DNA from: Octopus vulgaris
Lineage: Eukaryota
Direction: 5' to 3'
NCBI GenBank assembly: GCA_951406725.2
Contig: OX597815.1
Location: forward strand, 203,298,001 to 203,362,000
Length of the DNA: 64,000 bases
This document shows, one piece after another, positions 53,401-64,000 of the stretch (the stretch's first letter is position 1; each line of letters opens with the position of its first letter). Both the position numbers and the translations under genes were made by a program. The notes under the pieces are model-generated. The model did not search any database, had not been told where the DNA came from, and saw only the letters and a program-made list of their open reading frames with translations.

Positions 53401-54261
53401 GAAAATACTTTTAAACATACTCAGTCCTCCAAGTGTAGCACTCCGTTTTACAATATAACTATTTGCATAACAAAGTATATAAGAAAGTTCCTGTCATAAT
53501 AGTAATTACATTAATGGTTCCGAGATTAACATAAGGCCAGAAATGTTTAATTACGCCCGAAAGTCAAATGCGACATTGGTATGGTTTGAATCTAAAACAA
53601 TGATATGAAACTAAAAACTTTATACGTTTTTATACTGTTGAACCACTGACGTCCTTGATTATGCTGACAGTGCTGTCTTGCAGCAGTAGTTTTTGAACTC
53701 CGGGTGCATTCTGAGAGCAGAGCCTTTCAGACATTGATGAGGACTTTCGTAAAAGCTATTTAACCTCAGATATTTCAATCTCGATCAAGAGATAACCTTT
53801 TTCACCATAGCCGCATAGATAATGAAGAGGTGCCCGCCTTTTTTGGTCAAAGGAAGGTGCGGTGTGATATTTACGTCAGTCTTGATTGGCGCTGGAACAG
53901 ACCAACATGTTATAATAGCTCTTCGACATGAAATGCTTGTGCACAGAGAGTGTGTGTTTATCCGAAATTTACAATGGCCACCAAGTAGCACTTCTGGCCG
54001 AAGTATTTCTTATCCATAGTACTTGATCCGGGATTTCTCTGGAATATGCTACTCATTTGATCCTTGTCATGGTCTAGAGTATTCCCCTAAAATATCGTCA
54101 CCCTTGCTTTCCACAAATCCTCTATATACTGAAAAGCTGATGCTCCTCTGGCCGTATTGCCCGATTGGTAGACAAATCGGGGTTGCTGAGATTATTTTAG
54201 TTGCTCGGTTCCTAATCCAGTACAGCAACTTTGTGAAAGACGTGAGTAGGGAAAAAATGTG

Positions 54262-54314
54262 TTAGGGTTAGGGTTAGAGTTAGGGTTGGGGTTAGGGTTA
54301 GGGTTAGGGTTAGG
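54262..54314 (+). repeat. Interstitial telomeric repeat, ~9 x TTAGGG
   Basis: Directly visible; two variant units (TTAGAG, TTGGGG). Confidence 0.93.
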
Positions 54315-55244
54315 CAACCACAATTGCTTAGCGTTCAGGAATCTCTGCTGATGCCGCAGAATCAATGCATACTTGTACATCGTTTGGCCTGACATACCGA
54401 AAGTTCTGCGTGTGAGTGTCGGCAGCAGATGTAATTTATGACCACTGGAATGTGTCTTTTCATAAGAAGTGAAAGAGCAGCTGTCCAACATTCCTATACA
54501 TTTAAGTCGATAATTATGTAGTGTCAAAACTGTAGTTTCTTCAAGTCTTTGTGTTTCAAGCATCGTAGATGATTCAATAAAGACAATGGTCAGGGGATTC
54601 CTCCGTCGCCAGCATTTCCATAATTGTTTAGTTTTTACCTTTTTTTGTGCTACTCACCCACTTTACACCAGAAGCAACATTCGTTGCATGTTTTCACGGT
54701 TAGACACTTGCATAGATTTCGGAACGAATTAAGATGATCAAAGAATTTCGTCGGCGGTAAATTGTCTGCAACACCAGGAGAAACGCACACACACACACAC
54801 ACACACACTAGCTCTTAACACTGGCATTTGAAGCTGACTGGGAGGTATTTTACACATAAACTCTAGGATAAAATACAAACAGAACTGAACATATTTCAAC
54901 CTGCACTCTGTCACCCTCACGAAATTTATTCTGACAGCATTATCAGAAGTTCCTTCCCAAAAGTATAAACTGTGCATATATTAATGTTAAAATCTGTAGT
55001 TAAACTTATATTAATAAGTATCTTAGTCTTTGAAACCGCTTATTATGGTAAATAGAACAAATGAATGTTGCATCGCATAAGGCTAAACCTGGTTAAAATC
55101 TGATTATGCATTTAGAATCGATGTACGAAAGTACATGGATAACGCATATCGAAACATGTGCTTATCCGAGTCGCTTTTCGTTTCACTCTTTGAAAGATTT
55201 CGCTCAAGCACGTAAGACAATATACAATAGAAAAATAACCAGCA

Positions 55245-55462
55245 ATTGTTTCTAATTTTGGCACAAGGCCAGCAATTTTAGAGAGAGTTATTTGATTACA
55301 TTGTTGTCAGTACTTGACTCGTACTTATTTTTATCGACTCTGAAACGGATGAACGGCGAAGTTGACTTCGGCAGTATTTCAACTCAGAACGTAAAAAGCC
55401 GGAAGAAATTCCGTTAAGCATTTTGTCCGATGCGCTATCGATCTTGCAAGTTTGCTAACTTA
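55245..55462 (-). mobile_element. Diverged SINE family D2
   Basis: TTTTGGCACAAGGCCAGC...AACTCAGAACGT. Confidence 0.75.
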
Positions 55463-55649
55463 GTAATAATATAATAGTACTGAATAAAATTCCAACAATA
55501 AATACGAGTATTTTAGGTGTTTTTGTTGGTGCTGTTGCTTAGATCAATGTCAATCAAACCGTAATTAACTTGCCATGGAGGAGATAATTTATCTAGAAAC
55601 TGCTTTAACTACTTTATCTAATGGGCCTAGTCTTTTCTTGAGACATTAA

Positions 55650-55853
55650 CCCCTTACCCGGCAGAAACGAATATATGCGTTTTGACCGAAATCGTTTTTT
55701 TTTCTATCTCTGGCGAGTGTTCGTCAAAACTCGTCAAAACTCGTCAAAAGAAATATATCTCGAAATCCCCATTCAAAACATAGTAAAGTAAAACAATTAA
55801 AAGCTATGTCTGAAAAAATACATTTATTTTCAAAATAATTGTTGGGTAAGGGG
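55650..55853. mobile_element. piggyBac-like MITE (204 bp)
   Basis: TTAA|CCCCTTACCC ... GGGTAAGGGG|TTAA; internal TCGTCAAAA repeated three times. Confidence 0.8.
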
Positions 55854-58020
55854 TTAATGTATAATATTAGGTTAATTTCGACTTGTTTTCTTTTTTAATA
55901 TCCACCCTCAGTAATCGTTGTTTATAGAGCTAATATCGTATACTTCCGTCTTTGAATATAATATGTCTGAAATAGAATTTAGGCATCTTCCCTAAACATA
56001 TTTTGTCGGTAGTTGAGTTCTCTTCTCTCCGAAAAAAAACTACTGTTGTTCTTTATAAAAAGAATAAAGAACCGAGTAAGCCACATCATTATTTTTCTCA
56101 CCAATTCACTTGCTGCAAATTGTCTTCATTATCAATGATAACCAGTTCATCTGCCGAGTAAATATTCAATTTTTTCCCACTGGAATTTTTCCAATTACGA
56201 AATAAACTATAGGAATCTCTCCAGAATAGTTCTATTGATTAAATTGTTGATAAATCATCTTAATCTAAACAGAATGGTGAAATTAAAGTAGTTGGCAAAG
56301 ACTTGACATTTCCTTATCAATTCTTCTATGTCATTCTCTACGTTGAGCATTATGCTTCTATTTCAATGAACATGTATAAGAAACCTACTGAAAGTTCATC
56401 TGGGATCAACACCGAACGCTTTATTAGCTTCTAATATTACATTCTGTCAAAGTAATACATCTGAACACCTGCGAGAAAAAGAATGGGGATATATATTAAA
56501 TCTCAGATTGTAAATCGACTTCGGGAAATTTATAATTACGTTTTTCTCTCCCTGTTTTTCTTTTATTCAATCTGTGCCGAATAAAAAGTAAACCTATACG
56601 AATTATATATGTGAGTATGCGCACGTACACACTCACGTGTGTGCGCGCGCGCTATATGCACCTATGTATGCATGCATATCTACATATATATATATATACG
56701 TACCATTCTATGATCGTGAAATCAGAAAAAAGTACTATTAGTTTCATGCGATGAAAGCATGCCAGACAGTATTTTTTAACACGTCTGGTGTCTCAACGCA
56801 ATCTTCAGACTCTGCTCATACAGCATAACAGGCTAAAAATATGACGATAAGATGAGAGAAAAAGTGAGAAAGGGCGGGAAAAAATAAACATAAATCTTCC
56901 ACTTATTATATCTACTTCTTTTCTCGCCTTTTCTCGTGATAACCTCTCACTTGTTAGGAACAACTACCGTTAGGTTTTAATGTATATCATATCTATAGGG
57001 ACTGTGTCAAAAACTTTGTGAATATTCCACAAAGTCTAATAGATTGCCATGATTTTTGGAGAGTGTATCGCACTATCTAGAATTAAATATTCAACTTATA
57101 TGCAGTAATTTCCTTCAAACAGATGCTCCACAGTATTCATGAATTATTCTGTCTTCAGAAATTGGAACACATAAATAGATAGTCTTACATAAAACGTACT
57201 TAATTGCTGAAATCATACACGATCTACCTGCTTTTCTGCTATGTGAATTTGGTTTCATAGGAAAGGAATTATCACGTATAGTTGAAAAAGAATTATCAAA
57301 AGACCGCCTCTTTTAACGTTGTCGTCACCATGTATCGTACACCTGCAGCTCCTTGATCACACTATAACGAAGTCATTCCGATTAAGAGCGAGTTCTCCAG
57401 CTGCCTTGCTTAACTGTTATGAAGACGCTTTTTCGTATTTATCGAGCACCCGATATAAATAAAGTTACTAGTTTCAGTCAAAACTACATTTGTAAACAAC
57501 AGTTTCTGCCAAAACTGTACATTTATAAACAAAATTTTGGGCTAAACAATAAATTTGTCTGTTATAGAACTTATCTCATTTTTTGCCTTTAATCCCTGAT
57601 TTTCAGTCAATAGAGAATGTGTACCTCCTTCTCGGATGAAATCTAAATTTAAATATGGGTTCATTGATGAATGGTTTTATCATGGCCACCTTAACAGTTT
57701 GCTAGTATGAAGCATTACGAGGTTTCTATTTTATGTAAAAGTACTCTACTTTTTTTAGGGCTTAAATTAGTTTGTATATCCTTCTTCTCTTACTTGGTCC
57801 TTAAATCCCTTTCTAAATTTTAAAAAGTTATCATTTATTATACAAACTATAGTAATATATAAATTTTGCTTAATTTAGATATACATTTTCCCTCCTGTAC
57901 CTTTAATGCCCATTTAGGTCTCATTATGACCTCCTTTGTTTTCTATTTTAGGCCCCTTTTAACTGATAGTAATAAAATAGTTTATGACACCCCTACCCTC
58001 CCTCTTTCTGGACATATACC

Positions 58021-58243
58021 TATTTCTTTATTACCCACAAGGGGCTAAACATAGAGGGTACAAACAAGCATAGACAAAGGGATTAAGTCGATTACATCGA
58101 CCCCAGTGCGTAACTGGTACTTAATTTATCGACCCTGAAAGGATGAAAGGCAAAGTCGACCTCGGCGGAATTTGAACTCAGAACATAGCGGCAGACGAAA
58201 TACTACTAAGCATTTCGCCCGGCGTGCTAACGTTTCTGCCAGA
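58021..58243 (-). mobile_element. SINE family D1
   Basis: Tail reads GGGTAATAAAGAAATA followed by GGTAT on the minus strand. Confidence 0.9.
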
Positions 58244-58685
58244 CCATTATCTTACTGACATGTTCCTTTATGTAGTCATAGCGAATTTATAGCTACAGTA
58301 AAATAGGGATAGGGAAGTGTATCTGACATTAATTTATCACCAGCAGCTAGAACTTAACTGTGAATTCCCAGTAGTTTTAACTCTAAGTGGATGTAGAATA
58401 TTAGCTGCATTAGATCTTGTGATCGTGATAAGTAGAAAGATAAATGTAGCCATATTACGATCTCTTGACCCCCGTTGTTATTCTTTTCGGCTACTCCAAA
58501 GTGTAGTTTAGTATTTTCTCCCTAAGTTCATTCCACTACAATAAAAGCAACAGGCATATAATGCTTTTATTTTCTACTTCTGATGAAAAATTTGCTAAAA
58601 ATTATAATGGAGTATCCTGTATGTTGAAAACCTATATGGTTTTATGCATCCAAGGATGGCGGTGTATTTCAAATTGATGTAATGT

Positions 58686-59325
58686 TTGCATTGATCGATT
58701 AAATGGAGCCACCTGAAACGGCCGTAATGCACTGATACCTGGATATCCTTGTTACTTATTTGCTTTTTATTCACCTTCCTTCGAGAGCTGTGTGATGATA
58801 CCGGACTGATCTGGTGCCTCAACTTAGTACCTAATTCAAATGAATCGTAACTATTTATTCTCCCTCTCTCTCTTTTTCTCTCTTATCCTGTCCCCAAATT
58901 TTTTCCTCTCCCCTTCACAGTTCTCTGTCTGTCACTCTCTCTCTCCTTCACCTTTCCTTCTTTGCTCACGTGGCCCCCATGTGACCATCGACTATTCTCC
59001 TAACTTGCGTTTCATGCTTTCTTCCTGTTTCAGCTGGACAGGGAAGACGTATTGTTCTCTGTCTCCTATCCAGACTTGTTTCTTCACGTTCGCCACCACA
59101 ACCTCCTCGTTCAGGCTTAGCAACCCTTCCTGTTTGTTTTCACGGTCCTGTTTTTGTCACCAATCTTGACTCTCCGCAAGCTCGCAAATTCTATTTAATT
59201 TGTTTTGCGGGAGAAACTGTTTTATCGAAGGCGTATCTTGTCGTGAATTGCTAGAAATACGGATTAGAAAAACTTCGTATTTTTTGTTGTTTATGTTATG
59301 TGACGTCCTGTGCCCACATATGCAT
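58686..59325 (+). mobile_element. Probable Penelope-like terminal repeat remnant (contains the 240-bp repeat)
   Basis: Half hammerhead GAAA-CGGCCG-TA-ATGCA with upstream TGCAT; pyrimidine-rich body ending in TA repeats. Confidence 0.45.
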
Positions 59326-59484
59326 ATGTATATACGTATACATATTATGTACGTATACGTATGTATATATGCATATATATATATATATAGTCAATAAAAA
59401 AGGGTAAAATTAATTAATTATTAATTAATTCGACCGAGCAGTGTTCGATATGTAAAACGACCATTTACGGTATATTTGAAATAT

Positions 59485-59772
59485 TACTTTATAAAAACAG
59501 GGTAAAGTAAAATAATTTACTTTACCACACACCGAGCTTTTTAGAAATAGCAGCCAAAAATTTGGCTATTTCTTCTACTGCAAGAAAAGTCTCCCAGACA
59601 ATGCATACTCAGAAATAATTCACGTAGGTATAAGGGAAGAGTTATTTCTGAGTATGCATTGTCTGGGAGACTTTTCTTGCAGTAGAAGAAATAGCCAAAT
59701 TTTTGGCTGCTATTTCTAAAAAGCTCGGTGTGTGGTAAAGTAAATTATTTTACTTTACCCTATTTTTATAAA

Positions 59773-59775
<3 letters not shown>
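59485..59775. repeat. Near-perfect long hairpin (134-bp arms, 23-nt loop)
   Basis: 59485-59618 is the reverse complement of 59642-59775, one mismatch seen by eye. Confidence 0.95.
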
Positions 59776-59863
<88 letters not shown>

Positions 59864-61375
59864 GATATGTAGAAAAATACAAACTGAGACAAGAACGCAT
59901 AAGAACTTAGAAGACGATACAACAAACACAGACAGGACATTCGAAGCCCTCAGTCTTCAGTCAAGAACCGGATCATCGTAGTAATTTCGGCTGATTAATC
60001 TTGAGATTACTAGAACCGGCCAGCCCTCCAGGAGAAACTAAGCAACGAGCATTAGAAAAACTAAGCTAGGAGCGTAGATTTCCTGGAAGAAGGATCGAAT
60101 GCATACGAACACAAAGATAGCAAAAAGGACGGTGCCACACGAATATAAAAAACAAAAAACAATAATGAAATACAAAAACGTGGAATACAAAAGCAATAAC
60201 GGTAGAATATATATAGTCTGTATGTCCTACCCTTTTTGTTTTAGTGATGAAATATAACTTAATGGAAATTCGCTCTTATGTCTAGTAGGTAAACCTTCGC
60301 ATAGAAAGTCCTGGTTGAAACAATGCGTATATATGTTTGCCTGATAGTATGCGTTTCCTGAAATTCCAGGATAAAGATTCATAAATAATCACGGTAAAGC
60401 CAGTTGTTCTGAAGAGTGTGATGTCAGCAACATAACGCTCTGTATGTCAACTTTTCACATGACAAACTCCGTGTATCTGATATATGTTATTTCTCAAGCT
60501 ATAAATTCTCTTTATCCACCCACACAGAATTTTGATTTTATAATGTCATATTTATGCATCTAAAAAAAAAACATTGTTTTGTGTGATTGAAATAAATCTT
60601 ACCGTGACATTTCTGTATTTAGAAAATGTCTGATTTGTGTAGGTGTTTGTACAACGCCTAGACTTACCTTATTTATTTCTGGTTTTCAAAAAATATCCGA
60701 TCCGGTGAGGATGCATCCAAACTCAGCTTGTCCTTTTATCCATCGCTCAACCTATCCTACCAATGGATAACAGCAACAGTCACAATAATAATTCATTCTA
60801 CTATAGGCACAAGGCCTGGATTTTTTGGGGAGGGTAAGTCGATCCCATCGACCCCAGTACACAGCTGGTACTTAACTTATCGACCCCACTAGAATGAAAG
60901 GTAAAGTCGACCCCGGCAGAATTTGAACTCAGAACGTGCAGACATACGAAGTACAGCTAAGCATTTCACCCTGCATGTTAACGATTCTGCCAGCTCACAG
61001 CCTTATGTAATGAATGTACTAATTATGATAATAATATCAGAGTAAAATGATGATGACGAGAAGAAGGTGGGGATATAGAGAAGAATCTTTTATCTAATTA
61101 GCAACATACATACGATACAAAATGAGTCATACAAACGCGTTACAAAACATGATTGGTGTATACATTCGAGGCTTTCTTCCAAGGAATCTAATGCGCTTGG
61201 CTTAGATTTTCCTTTGGGGCTGGCCAGATCGGAGCAATCTCAAGATTAATCAGCCGAAATTGCGAGGTTCTTGACTGAAGATTGAAAGCTTCGAATGTCC
61301 CGTCCGTGTTTTTTTTGTATCGTCTTCTAAATGTTTTGCGTTCTTGTCCCAGTTTGTATTTTTTTACATATATAT
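59864..61375. repeat. Diverged inverted pair of a ~230-bp repeat (59864-60110 / 61157-61375)
   Basis: AATTTCGGCTGATTAATCTTGAGATT vs AATCTCAAGATTAATCAGCCGAAATT; AATACAAACTGAGACAAGAACGCA vs TGCGTTCTTGTCCCAGTTTGTATT. Confidence 0.85.
60795..61005 (-). mobile_element. SINE family D
   Basis: Core and head match other D copies. Confidence 0.85.
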
Positions 61376-61470
61376 ACAGGTCGTTGTCGACTTAAGATCT
61401 ATCCGACTCACGACCGATCGACCTTACGACGATTGGCGCGCCAGCTCCCGGCAGCAATAAGAAATAGTCC
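61375..61470 (+). mobile_element. Tigger/pogo-like transposon end (one TIR only)
   Basis: TA|CAGGTCGTTGTCGACTTAAGA...CGACTCACGACC resembles CAGGTAGTCCTCGACTTACGAC-type TIRs; partner end not found. Confidence 0.4.
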
Positions 61471-61999
61471 AGTTGAAATCTACTTAGTTTAATTTCTTAG
61501 AAATTGACCCGTCCACAGATGACGTCAGCTAACGAACGCCATCGAAGATCCGCAACCAAGTACCAGTCTACAATAAATTTTTATATAAGTTTTGCAACTA
61601 TTTCTTACACTACACTGTATTTCTTGCGTCTGCATTCTTTGGTACTTTTCTATGAACAAATAACACTGTTGTAGTATAATACAGAATAATGTGTGTGTGA
61701 CTTTTACCTGAGAATGTACTTTAAGAATGTAAAAATATAAATCAAAGCTATGTAGGCTTATGTAGTTTGTTTCTGTTATGTTAGTATATATATTTGGTTG
61801 TGTTTGTGCGTGCGTCTGTGTTTTGGTACCTGTCACATACGCATGTGTGAACAGTCTCTTAAGGGACTCCAATTCTCTTTTTCCTGCACATATATTGCAA
61901 AGTAAGAATGTGTTTGCATTATCACTTAATCCATGTTGAAGACGCTTTATAAATTTTAAATTACTCGTTTTTTATTTCAGTTACATGCTGTGTTCTGCC

Positions 62000-62071
62000 A
62001 TACATACATACATACATACATACATACATACATACATACATACATACATACATACATACATACATACATAC
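62000..62071. repeat. (CATA)n microsatellite
   Basis: Directly visible. Confidence 0.96.
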
Positions 62072-62084
62072 CCGCTCCTATATA

Positions 62085-62122
62085 TCTTTCTGTTGAAGAG
62101 CGTAGGCTCGAAACGTTAAAGA
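62085..62122 (+). ncRNA. Variant minimal hammerhead-like motif
   Basis: TCTTT-CTGTTGA-A-GAGC(GTAG)GCTC-GAAA-CG-TT-AAAGA; the core departs from CUGANGA. Confidence 0.4.
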
Positions 62123-62249
62123 CTTATTTTATTTATATTTCCTGAGCGCCATACTAATACAATTGTTTGTTTGTATTCCACCTGCCTTCGTCTTTTGTTT
62201 ATTTCCGTAAACCTGCCTGTCTTTTGTCTATTTTCATAAAGCTTCCCGT

Positions 62250-62303
<54 letters not shown>

Positions 62304-62324
62304 GGTATATATATATATATATAA

Positions 62325-63097
62325 TAAATATTAGGGAATAAATCCAAATTTACAGGGAAAAAAATCAGATTTAGGATTAAATCCAATTTTATAGTAAAAT
62401 ATTATAAAATATTACTAGAGACAAAACCACTATTTTGCAAAGCAAACAAGGAAAGACTTAATCAATACATAAAATTTTAATAAATAGTCAATAAAACCGC
62501 CACTACAATTGTTTCTTGTCTTGATCGACAATCTTCAGGTGGACTTCAATCTAAAATATCAATATTTTAAAATATAAAAATAATAATTTTAAAATAATTA
62601 AAGTATTAATGAAAAAATATGAATATATAATCCATATATAACCTATATATAATCCATATATAATCAATATATAAACAATATATAAACTAAAATAAACCTA
62701 TCAACAATTAAATATAAAATATAAAATATAAAATATAAAATATAAAACAAAACAAAAAATAATAATAATATAATAATAAACTATATATACACCCATACAC
62801 ATATAACTAATTATATATAACCATATCTAATTACATACACTAAATCACACACCTATATATATATCCCTATACATACACATAAAAACGTCTAGGCAACTAT
62901 AAATAAATAAAATAGCTAAATACTTCAACACAATACTTATTCATACTCCCACACACTTATATAGCAATCCCTTTAACCTATACATTCACACACAAATACA
63001 CACACGTAAACCACACACCCATAACAAATATAAAATTTTATGTATTGATTAAGTCTTTCCTTGTTTGTTTTGCAAAATAGTGGTTTTGTCTCTAATA

Positions 63098-63106
<9 letters not shown>
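62325..63106 (-). mobile_element. Penelope-like terminal element with a 76-bp inverted repeat and a hammerhead
   Basis: 62404-62479 vs 63031-63106 inverted (74/76 by eye); (TA)n flanks; hammerhead inside. Confidence 0.65.
62500..62542 (-). ncRNA. Minimal type I hammerhead ribozyme with intact core
   Basis: Minus strand: CCAC-CTGAAGA-TTGTC(GATCAA)GACAA-GAAA-CAATTG-TA-GTGG; stems I and II pair, stem III is the palindrome ACAAUUGU, cleavage triplet GUA. Confidence 0.8.
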
Positions 63107-63138
<32 letters not shown>

Positions 63139-64000
63139 CAAAAATTTAAGAAAAAAACAACAAACGGAAAATTTTACAAAAACATAACAAATAGAAAATT
63201 CGTAGCTAATTCCTCATCAGTGAACGTCCGAAAGATCCTTACAATTTCGTGCCTTTGACGTTGATATTGTTCACTTTTGGTGGAGTCATCGGCGAAAACC
63301 CATTGAGAATAGCTAACGAACATATAGAGCAATGACTTAAACATGATAAAATGAAATATACATATAAAGAATTACATGTACAACAGAAAAAAGCATTTAT
63401 ACACATATATACATGTACATATGTATGTGTATGCTCGCTCGCGTGCACACACACACATACACACACTTAATTTTTCCTGCTCTTTTTTTCCACTACACAG
63501 ACACACACACACACACACATACAATCCCGCCGTAAAAATAGGTCTATATGTCATGGGAAGTGGAGTTTGTAACGTTTCAAACAGAGTTTCTTCAGGTTTG
63601 GGATGAAAAGAAAAATATAATAACGGACAAGTGTCATACTCTCTATATCAGAGTAACTAGCAGTATCTGACTCAAAACAAATTGGCAGTGCTTGAGTAGA
63701 TAGGAAGTAGTACAAATGAGATAGTTGGTGTGTAACTGGAAAGAGAAGGGAAAGTGAAAGTAGATGAGACACTGAATGAGGTGGAGGAAGTTAATGTAAA
63801 CATGAAAGAGAAAGAATGGAGAGATATGATATTGAGACTTGAAGCCAAAGTGGGAAGAAAGAAGGTTATTTAGAATTATTAGGTTGTCTGAAAAGTTCTG
63901 AGCGTTTTTCAACTAAATTTTTTAACGCTTCATTGAACACACCTGAAACGTAACACAGTTAAAACTTTGGCGTTGCTTGAAGTGGATCTCTTCTTTGTTC

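Noticed and set aside
51799-58953. LTR retrotransposon bounded by the 240-bp direct repeats
   Set aside because: No TG..CA termini, PBS, TSD or gag/pol traces were seen between them.

Overview
AT-rich eukaryotic DNA, dense in microsatellites and transposons. The SINE and simple-repeat content looks like a coleoid cephalopod (probably Octopus); this is an inference from repeat families, not proof. No host protein-coding exon could be supported: the long ORFs are microsatellite read-throughs or decayed transposon pieces. Contents: (i) five recurring tRNA-type SINE families, labelled A-E here, several with clear target-site duplications (TSDs); (ii) two Tx1/L1-like LINE copies abutting (GATA)n tracts, one lacking its whole RT domain; (iii) R4/Dong-like restriction-endonuclease LINE pieces nested in a ~2.3 kb (TAA)n field; (iv) Penelope-like (PLE) remnants with minimal hammerhead-ribozyme motifs and long inverted repeats; (v) Tc1, mariner, pogo-like, piggyBac-like and Helentron-like DNA elements; (vi) an interstitial (TTAGGG)n tract. 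The best candidate for an undescribed system is an apparently (GATA)n-targeting Tx1-like LINE whose last ~42 nt are shared with the tail of SINE D1, a SINE that also appears to prefer GGYAT sites, including one inside its own family. Small inverted-repeat-bounded elements carrying hammerheads are the second candidate. All alignments were done by eye and diverged boundaries are approximate.
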